Below, piece by piece: positions 56,339-64,000 of a stretch of 64,000 nucleotides of DNA (position 1 is the first letter of the stretch; each line of letters starts with the position of its first letter). The DNA comes from Escherichia coli (GTDB lineage: Bacteria > Pseudomonadota > Gammaproteobacteria > Enterobacterales > Enterobacteriaceae). Location of the stretch: assembly GCF_001677475.2 (NCBI RefSeq), contig NZ_CP015229.1; one strand, written 5' to 3'. The position numbers and the translations under genes are program-made. The notes beneath the pieces are model-generated. The model saw only the letters and a program-made list of their open reading frames with translations, searched no databases and was not told where the DNA came from.

Positions 56339-57379
56339 TCAGGCCAACAGCGCCAGCCCGCCGACAATCACACCAGACACTGCCACCATCGCCCCTGTCA
56401 GCCATAAGGCTTTCGTCGGGAACGCTTTGCGCAGCATAATCAGTGACGGCAAACTCACGGCCGGGAGCGTCATCAACAATGCCAGCGCCGGAGCGGTTCC
56501 CATGCCTGCCAGCATCATCGTTTGTACAATTGGAATTTCTGCCGCCGTGGGAATGACAAACAAGCACCCTGCTACCGCCATCGCCACCACCCACATCAGG
56601 CTGTTATCGACAGCACCATCGGCATGGGGGAATAACCAGACGCGAGCGGCACCCAACACCAGTACTGCAAGGATATAAACCGGGATCGTACTCCAGAAAA
56701 GCGTCCATAGCGCCCTGCCCCAGCGGATAAAAAATCCGCCCTGCACTTCTGGCATGTCAATTTCGACCGGAGCCTGCGTTTGCGGTGTTTCACGCACCCA
56801 TTTTTGCACCAGCGTCGCAATCAGCAACACCATCACCAACCCCGCCACCAGACGAATCGCCGCCAAGCCCCAGCCGAGGACAAACCCCATAAACACCAGC
56901 GTCGCCGGGTTTAACAACGGATTCCCCATCCAGAATGCCAGCGCACCGCCCATCGATACCTGTTGGCGACGCATTCCCGCCGCGACCGGAGCCGCACAGC
57001 AGGTACACATCATACCCGGCAGCGAAAACAGCGTTCCCAGCAGCGTGCCGCGAAAGCGCGATTGCCCAAGCGTACGCAGCAACCAGTCACGCGGGATCAG
57101 CACCTGAATCAACGAACCGAGGATCACCCCCAGCACCGCCGCTTTCCATACCGCGAGGAAATAGATCATCGCGTAATCCAACGCCGCCTGCCACGGATTA
57201 GCATCCGCCTGCGCAAGGATAGATTTACCGATACTGTGGGTTTCGGCAGCAGTAAACGCTTTGCCGTAGTAAGGTTGCCATTTCACATACCAGAGACCAG
57301 CAATGACAACGAGAAAGAAAAGCGCGGGTTTCCACCACTGAATGGGCGTTGCCGCCTGAGATGAAGACTGACCAGTCAT
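56339..57379 (-). CDS. yraQ: Putative permease YraQ (UPF0718), 346 aa
   Basis: Polytopic membrane protein MTGQSSSQAATPIQWWKPALFFLVVIAGLWYV... Confidence 0.9.
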   Translation of the reverse strand: MTGQSSSQAATPIQWWKPALFFLVVIAGLWYVKWQPYYGKAFTAAETHSIGKSILAQADANPWQAALDYAMIYFLAVWKAAVLGVILGSLIQVLIPRDWLLRTLGQSRFRGTLLGTLFSLPGMMCTCCAAPVAAGMRRQQVSMGGALAFWMGNPLLNPATLVFMGFVLGWGLAAIRLVAGLVMVLLIATLVQKWVRETPQTQAPVEIDMPEVQGGFFIRWGRALWTLFWSTIPVYILAVLVLGAARVWLFPHADGAVDNSLMWVVAMAVAGCLFVIPTAAEIPIVQTMMLAGMGTAPALALLMTLPAVSLPSLIMLRKAFPTKALWLTGAMVAVSGVIVGGLALLA

Positions 57380-57451
57380 AGCATTCCCCAGGAATAAGTT
57401 ATGATAATTGAGCGCGTGAATATTACGCTCACTATCAATTCTTGGGAATAA

Positions 57452-58097
<646 letters not shown>

Positions 58098-58124
58098 TTA
58101 CAGAATTGTCTGCCTTGCGCTCCC

Positions 58125-58176
<52 letters not shown>

Positions 58177-58177
58177 A

Positions 58178-58712
<535 letters not shown>

Positions 58713-58733
<21 letters not shown>

Positions 58734-59156
58734 GTTACGTAGCCAGATCATTTTTTTACCAAAGCCCAGCGTGTTGTCGGTGAATTTGATTTCATCGAGC
58801 CGGATTTCCCACACCGGGGCCGACAGCATTCTGGCAACCGGAAAGCGACGGTTGTACGCCTTGCGTGCGAGGTCGCTTTCCTCACCTTCCAGTCTGCGGA
58901 TCTCGCCTTTAAATTGCACGCCGCGAATTAACGCTACCGTTTTCGGCTGACCGTTTACCGTTCCGGCAACTGCCGCCTGCGGCCCACTCATCTGCGCGTG
59001 GCGCGTTTTTTCTTCCGTCAAAATGTAGAAGGCAACTTTCTGCGCATCAAAAAGATAAAAGGCATTGGCGCACCACAATTCCCCTTCCTGCTGCACACAC
59101 CAGGAGACAACATGTTGTTTTGCCAGCCAACGGCTGATGGCGGTGAGTGTTTCCAT
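58713..59156 (-). CDS. yhbP: UPF0306 protein YhbP, 147 aa
   Basis: [36 protein letters not shown]...; 3' end overlaps yhbO convergently by 21 nt. Confidence 0.9.
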
Positions 59157-59206
59157 AGCGGTTCTCTTTTATACTGTGGGCCTGACCTTAACATGCGACG
59201 CAGACG

Positions 59207-59509
59207 ATGACACCCTGGTTTCTTTACTTGATCCGTACCGCCGATAATAAGCTTTATACCGGGATCACCACAGATGTCGAACGCCGCTATCAGCAGCACC
59301 AAAGCGGCAAAGGGGCGAAAGCACTGCGCGGGAAAGGAGAACTAACGCTGGCGTTTTCCGCGCCAGTGGGCGATCGTTCGCTGGCGTTACGGGCAGAATA
59401 TCGCGTTAAGCAACTGACCAAACGGCAAAAAGAACGTCTGGTAGCGGAAGGCGCAGGGTTTGCAGAACTGTTGAGCAGCCTACAAACCCCAAAGATTAAA
59501 AGCGATTGA
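59207..59509 (+). CDS. yhbQ: GIY-YIG domain protein YhbQ, 100 aa
   Basis: [31 protein letters not shown] (GIY-YIG motif). Confidence 0.9.
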   Translation: MTPWFLYLIRTADNKLYTGITTDVERRYQQHQSGKGAKALRGKGELTLAFSAPVGDRSLALRAEYRVKQLTKRQKERLVAEGAGFAELLSSLQTPKIKSD

Positions 59510-59999
59510 AGTGCTCGTGATACTCAACCAGACCGGTTACGCCGTTCAGCGCGTCATCCGCTAAACGATGTACCTGGAAGGCGCTTTCAGTGCCCGGCCA
59601 GCGGCAACGCAGATCGTGATGCGCCGCCAGCTCAAAGCCGAAACGACTGTACAGCGCCGGATCGCCCAGCGTCACCACTGCGGCATAGCCGAACTCATTA
59701 AGCGAATCGAGTCCTTCATAGACCAGTTGGCGTGCCAGCCCCTGTCCACGGTATTTTTCATCAACCGCCAACGGTGCCATGCCGACCCATTGCAGGTCTT
59801 CGCCCTGCACATCAACCGGACTAAATGCCACATAGCCAATGACCTGACCTTCGTCATCTGTCGCCACCAGCCCCAGCGTCAGAAAGCCATCTTCACGCAG
59901 ATCGTGAACCAGCTTCGCTTCCGCATCGCTTTCGAATGAACGACGCAGCAGGGCATCAATACCCGGCGCATCAATGGGAATTTCTACTCGAATTAGCAT
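59496..59999 (-). CDS. yhbS: GNAT-family acetyltransferase YhbS, 167 aa
   Basis: [36 protein letters not shown]...; acetyl-CoA motif [10 protein letters not shown]. Confidence 0.9.
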   Translation of the reverse strand: MLIRVEIPIDAPGIDALLRRSFESDAEAKLVHDLREDGFLTLGLVATDDEGQVIGYVAFSPVDVQGEDLQWVGMAPLAVDEKYRGQGLARQLVYEGLDSLNEFGYAAVVTLGDPALYSRFGFELAAHHDLRCRWPGTESAFQVHRLADDALNGVTGLVEYHEHFNRF

Positions 60000-60517
60000 G
60001 GTTCACCTACCGATGTCTGTTTGGTTTCAGGCGCGGTTTTCATTCCCGCCTCAACAAAATCCGCCAGTTGCAGCAGCATCATGCGTAAGGCTTTCGGCAT
60101 TTGCTCCAGTTCAATGGCGTCCATCAGGTTTTTCACATACAGCCCCAGCTCCGTATCGCCTTCAATCACCAGCCGACGCTGGAAGAAGAGCGTATCCGGA
60201 TCTTGTTTACGCGCCGCAATCATCAGCAGATCGCTGGCGTCGGCACTAAAACTCACATCAGCTTGCGCGTTCTGGCTAACGACCAGTTTGCCATTCACCA
60301 CCGAGGTAAACCATTGCAGGTCAATATCACGCACATGAATACTTAACCAGCGGCCTTCAAGAAACTCCAGCTCGCCATCATCCAGCGCCTGACGGAATTG
60401 CCAGCTTAAGACCTGCTCAAGAACCTGGCGTTTTAGCGCAAATGGCGTCAGTTTTACCGGTACACTCAACAGAGATGGCCCCAAATGCACAATACGGGAA
60501 CGCAGTTTATCCAACAC
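59993..60517 (-). CDS. ubiT: SCP2-domain protein UbiT (YhbT), about 174 aa
   Basis: ORF 59993..60541 begins at a TTG; preferred start is the GTG giving MLDKLRSRIVHLGPSLLSVPVKL; start uncertain. Confidence 0.82.
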   Translation of the reverse strand: MLDKLRSRIVHLGPSLLSVPVKLTPFALKRQVLEQVLSWQFRQALDDGELEFLEGRWLSIHVRDIDLQWFTSVVNGKLVVSQNAQADVSFSADASDLLMIAARKQDPDTLFFQRRLVIEGDTELGLYVKNLMDAIELEQMPKALRMMLLQLADFVEAGMKTAPETKQTSVGEPC

Positions 60518-60725
60518 GAGTTTTACTCCCTGTTTCAACAATCATCCTATTTTGCCATATCAGAAAAATAACATAGCGGTATAAATCAACAATTCCATAT
60601 GAAATTGCTGCTACCACCAATACAACTTTAACTGCCTTAAATCAAAAATTGTCGCAGCAAGGTTAACTAAAATCCCAGTTCGTTAACATTTTTGCGTTTT
60701 GATAGCGCAACCTTCAGGAAAAATT

Positions 60726-61721
60726 ATGGAGCTGCTCTGCCCTGCCGGAAATCTCCCGGCGCTTAAGGCGGCCATCGAAAACGGCGCAGATGCTGTTTAT
60801 ATCGGGCTAAAAGATGATACCAATGCCCGTCACTTCGCCGGCCTTAACTTTACCGAGAAAAAATTGCAGGAAGCGGTGAGTTTTGTCCATCAACATCGCC
60901 GCAAACTTCACATCGCGATTAACACTTTTGCGCATCCGGACGGTTACGCCCGTTGGCAGCGCGCCGTGGATATGGCGGCGCAGCTGGGTGCCGACGCGCT
61001 GATCCTCGCCGACCTCGCCATGCTGGAGTACGCCGCCGAGCGTTACCCGCATATTGAGCGTCATGTGTCAGTGCAGGCTTCGGCGACCAATGAAGAGGCG
61101 ATTAACTTTTATCATCGCCATTTTGATGTTGCCCGCGTGGTGCTGCCGCGCGTGTTGTCGATTCATCAGGTGAAACAGCTGGCACGGGTCACACCTGTAC
61201 CACTGGAAGTCTTTGCTTTTGGCAGCCTGTGCATTATGTCGGAAGGCCGTTGCTATCTGTCGTCGTATCTGACAGGTGAGTCGCCCAACACCGTGGGTGC
61301 GTGTTCTCCGGCCCGTTTCGTGCGCTGGCAGCAAACGCCGCAGGGGCTGGAATCTCGCCTGAACGAAGTACTGATCGACCGTTATCAGGATGGCGAAAAC
61401 GCAGGTTATCCGACGCTGTGTAAAGGGCGTTATCTGGTGGACGGCGAGCGCTATCACGCGCTGGAAGAACCCACCAGTCTCAATACCCTGGAACTGCTGC
61501 CGGAGTTAATGGCAGCGAATATTGCTTCGGTGAAAATTGAAGGCCGCCAGCGTAGCCCGGCGTATGTCAGCCAGGTGGCGAAAGTCTGGCGTCAGGCTAT
61601 CGACCGTTGTAAGGCCGATCCGCAAAACTTCATACCGCAAAGCGCGTGGATGGAGACGCTCGGGTCGATGTCCGAAGGCACGCAGACCACCCTTGGCGCG
61701 TATCACCGTAAATGGCAGTGA
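60726..61721 (+). CDS. ubiU: U32-peptidase-family protein UbiU (YhbU), 331 aa
   Basis: ORF 60699..61721; start at MELLCPAGNLPALKAAIENGADAVYIGL. Confidence 0.9.
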   Translation: MELLCPAGNLPALKAAIENGADAVYIGLKDDTNARHFAGLNFTEKKLQEAVSFVHQHRRKLHIAINTFAHPDGYARWQRAVDMAAQLGADALILADLAMLEYAAERYPHIERHVSVQASATNEEAINFYHRHFDVARVVLPRVLSIHQVKQLARVTPVPLEVFAFGSLCIMSEGRCYLSSYLTGESPNTVGACSPARFVRWQQTPQGLESRLNEVLIDRYQDGENAGYPTLCKGRYLVDGERYHALEEPTSLNTLELLPELMAANIASVKIEGRQRSPAYVSQVAKVWRQAIDRCKADPQNFIPQSAWMETLGSMSEGTQTTLGAYHRKWQ

Positions 61722-61729
61722 GAAAAGCA

Positions 61730-62608
61730 ATGAAATATTCCTTAGGGCCAGTGCTGTGGTACTGGCCAAAAGAGACGCTGGAAGAATTTTATCAGCAGGC
61801 CGCCGCCAGCAGCGCCGACGTGATTTATCTTGGTGAAGCGGTATGCAGCAAGCGCCGGGCAACCAAAGTTGGCGACTGGCTGGAGATGGCAAAATCACTC
61901 GCCGGAAGTGGTAAGCAGATTGTGCTCTCCACGCTGGCGCTGGTGCAGGCATCCTCTGAACTGGGCGAACTGAAACGCTATGTTGAGAACGGTGAGTTTC
62001 TGATTGAAGCCAGCGATCTCGGCGTGGTGAATATGTGCGCTGAACGCAAACTGCCGTTCGTCGCCGGGCACGCGCTGAACTGCTACAACGCGGTGACACT
62101 GAAAATATTGCTCAAACAGGGCATGATGCGCTGGTGTATGCCGGTGGAGCTTTCCCGCGACTGGTTGGTGAATCTGCTTAATCAGTGCGATGAGCTGGGC
62201 ATTCGCAACCAGTTTGAAGTGGAAGTCCTGAGCTACGGTCATCTGCCGCTGGCCTACTCCGCCCGCTGCTTTACCGCGCGTTCGGAAGACCGCCCGAAAG
62301 ATGAGTGTGAAACCTGCTGCATTAAGTATCCGAACGGGCGCAACGTGCTGTCGCAGGAAAACCAACAAGTGTTTGTACTCAATGGCATTCAGACCATGAG
62401 CGGCTACGTTTACAACCTCGGTAACGAGCTGGCATCCATGCAGGGATTGGTTGATGTGGTCCGCCTGTCACCGCAGGGTACTGACACTTTCGCGATGCTC
62501 GACGCCTTCCGCGCTAATGAAAATGGCGCGGCACCACTGCCGTTGACGGTAAACAGCGATTGTAACGGCTACTGGCGGCGGCTGGCCGGGCTGGAGCTGC
62601 AAGCGTAA
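61730..62608 (+). CDS. ubiV: U32-peptidase-family protein UbiV (YhbV), 292 aa
   Basis: ORF 61712..62608; start at MKYSLGPVLWYWPKETLEEFYQQAAASSADVIYLGEAVC. Confidence 0.9.
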   Translation: MKYSLGPVLWYWPKETLEEFYQQAAASSADVIYLGEAVCSKRRATKVGDWLEMAKSLAGSGKQIVLSTLALVQASSELGELKRYVENGEFLIEASDLGVVNMCAERKLPFVAGHALNCYNAVTLKILLKQGMMRWCMPVELSRDWLVNLLNQCDELGIRNQFEVEVLSYGHLPLAYSARCFTARSEDRPKDECETCCIKYPNGRNVLSQENQQVFVLNGIQTMSGYVYNLGNELASMQGLVDVVRLSPQGTDTFAMLDAFRANENGAAPLPLTVNSDCNGYWRRLAGLELQA

Positions 62609-62688
62609 GTAAATAGCTCACTTTGTTAACAACTTTAACTACTCTTTAATGCAGTATTAAAGATTAATCGGTAACAAAGTGAGCTGTT

Positions 62689-63696
62689 ATGACTGATAAA
62701 ACCATTCCGTTTTCGCTACTCGATCTGGCCCCTATTCCCGAAGGTTCTTCAGCGCGAGAAGCGTTCTCCCACTCTCTCGACCTCGCCCGTCTGGCTGAAA
62801 AGCGCGGCTATCATCGCTACTGGCTGGCTGAACACCACAATATGACCGGTATTGCCAGTGCTGCAACATCAGTATTGATTGGCTATCTGGCGGCGAATAC
62901 CACTACGCTGCATCTGGGGTCCGGCGGCGTGATGTTACCAAACCACTCACCGTTGGTGATCGCCGAACAGTTCGGCACGCTCAATACGCTCTATCCGGGG
63001 CGAATCGATTTGGGGCTGGGCCGTGCTCCGGGTAGTGACCAGCGAACCATGATGGCTCTACGTCGTCATATGAGCGGCGATATTGATAATTTCCCCCGCG
63101 ATGTCGCGGAGCTGGTGGACTGGTTTGACGCCCGCGATCCCAATCCGCATGTGCGCCCGGTACCGGGCTATGGCGAGAAAATCCCCGTGTGGTTGTTAGG
63201 CTCCAGCCTTTACAGCGCGCAACTTGCGGCGCAGCTTGGTCTGCCGTTTGCGTTTGCCTCACACTTCGCGCCGGATATGTTGTTCCAGGCGCTGCATCTT
63301 TATCGCAGCAACTTCAAACCGTCGGCACGGCTGGAAAAACCGTATGCGATGGTGTGCATCAATATTATCGCCGCCGACAGCAACCGCGACGCTGAATTTC
63401 TCTTTACCTCAATGCAGCAAGCCTTTGTGAAGCTGCGCCGTGGCGAAACCGGGCAACTACCGCCGCCGATTCAAAATATGGATCAGTTCTGGTCACCGTC
63501 CGAGCAGTATGGCGTGCAGCAGGCGCTGAGTATGTCGCTGGTGGGTGATAAAGCGAAAGTGCGTCATGGCTTGCAGTCGATCCTGCGCGAAACCGACGCC
63601 GATGAGATTATGGTTAACGGGCAGATTTTCGATCACCAGGCACGCCTGCATTCGTTTGAACTGGCGATGGATGTTAAGGAAGAGTTGTTGGGATAG
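62689..63696 (+). CDS. yhbW: Luciferase-like monooxygenase family protein YhbW, 335 aa
   Basis: [51 protein letters not shown]. Confidence 0.9.
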   Translation: MTDKTIPFSLLDLAPIPEGSSAREAFSHSLDLARLAEKRGYHRYWLAEHHNMTGIASAATSVLIGYLAANTTTLHLGSGGVMLPNHSPLVIAEQFGTLNTLYPGRIDLGLGRAPGSDQRTMMALRRHMSGDIDNFPRDVAELVDWFDARDPNPHVRPVPGYGEKIPVWLLGSSLYSAQLAAQLGLPFAFASHFAPDMLFQALHLYRSNFKPSARLEKPYAMVCINIIAADSNRDAEFLFTSMQQAFVKLRRGETGQLPPPIQNMDQFWSPSEQYGVQQALSMSLVGDKAKVRHGLQSILRETDADEIMVNGQIFDHQARLHSFELAMDVKEELLG

Positions 63697-63699
63697 TGT

Positions 63700-63812
63700 G
63701 TCTTAACGCGGGAAGCCTTATCCGAGATGGCAACGCTGTCCTACGTAGGCCTGATAAGCGAAGCGCATCAGGCATTGTGTAGGCAGCAGAAATGTCGGAT
63801 AAGGCACCGCTG
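63700..63812. repeat. REP/BIME cluster
   Basis: gccttatccgagatggcaacgctgtcctacgtaggcctgataagcgaagcgcatcaggc and a further tcggataaggcaccgc unit. Confidence 0.75.
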
Positions 63813-63813
63813 A

Positions 63814-64000
63814 TTACTGATACACCGGCAGCAAATTAAAGCTCGATAAGATATGGACCAGTGCGTTGCCAACGCCAAATACCAGAATCAGCATAATCAT
63901 CGGCTTGCCGCCCCAGACGCGGAATTTCGGGCTACCAAAGCGTTTACGCGATGCGCGGGCCAACAGCGCCGGAACAATTGCCGCCCAGATGGTAGCCGCT
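63814..64000 (-). CDS. mtr: Tryptophan-specific permease Mtr, C-terminal 62 codons (gene continues beyond window end)
   Basis: Reverse translation ends ...[40 protein letters not shown] with stop at 63814..63816. Confidence 0.88.
   Translation of the reverse strand, partial: AATIWAAIVPALLARASRKRFGSPKFRVWGGKPMIMLILVFGVGNALVHILSSFNLLPVYQ

Noticed and set aside
60518-60725. FNR site in the ubiT/ubiUV control region
   Set aside because: The best candidate, ttgatagcgcaacc, has three mismatches to TTGAT-N4-ATCAA in the second half-site; not strong enough to call as a feature.

Overview
This window reads as an Escherichia coli-type chromosomal segment that matches, gene for gene, the K-12 uxaA-to-mtr region (roughly 3.24-3.30 Mb on the K-12 map). 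It carries about 75 protein-coding genes plus the RNase P RNA gene rnpB, several REP/BIME repeats and a set of intrinsic terminators. Identified blocks, in order: uxaCA and exuT/exuR (hexuronate), yqjA-mzrA-yqjCDEK-yqjFG, yhaHIJKL, cyuPA, tdcABCDEFG with tdcR, yhaBC, rnpB, garPLRK and garD, prlF-yhaV (toxin-antitoxin), the aga/kba cluster, rsmI, lpoA, yraN, diaA, dolP, yraQR, yhbOPQS, ubiT-ubiUV, yhbW and the 3' end of mtr. No tRNA, rRNA, CRISPR, IS element, integrase or prophage was recognised. All identifications rest on reading the translations and on recalled gene order and protein lengths; nothing was searched against a database. Three differences from the recalled K-12 layout stand out. 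(1) A roughly 5.4 kb insertion sits between exuT and exuR and carries a four-gene chaperone-pilin-usher-tip adhesin operon whose proteins resemble the class 5 (CFA/I, CS1) alternate chaperone-usher fimbriae of enterotoxigenic E. coli; it has an AT-rich leader and no linked activator or mobility gene. This is the most interesting feature. (2) The aga cluster is complete (agaW, agaE, agaF and agaA intact), whereas K-12 carries a deletion there. (3) agaI directly abuts rsmI, so the yraHIJK fimbrial operon expected at that junction is absent.
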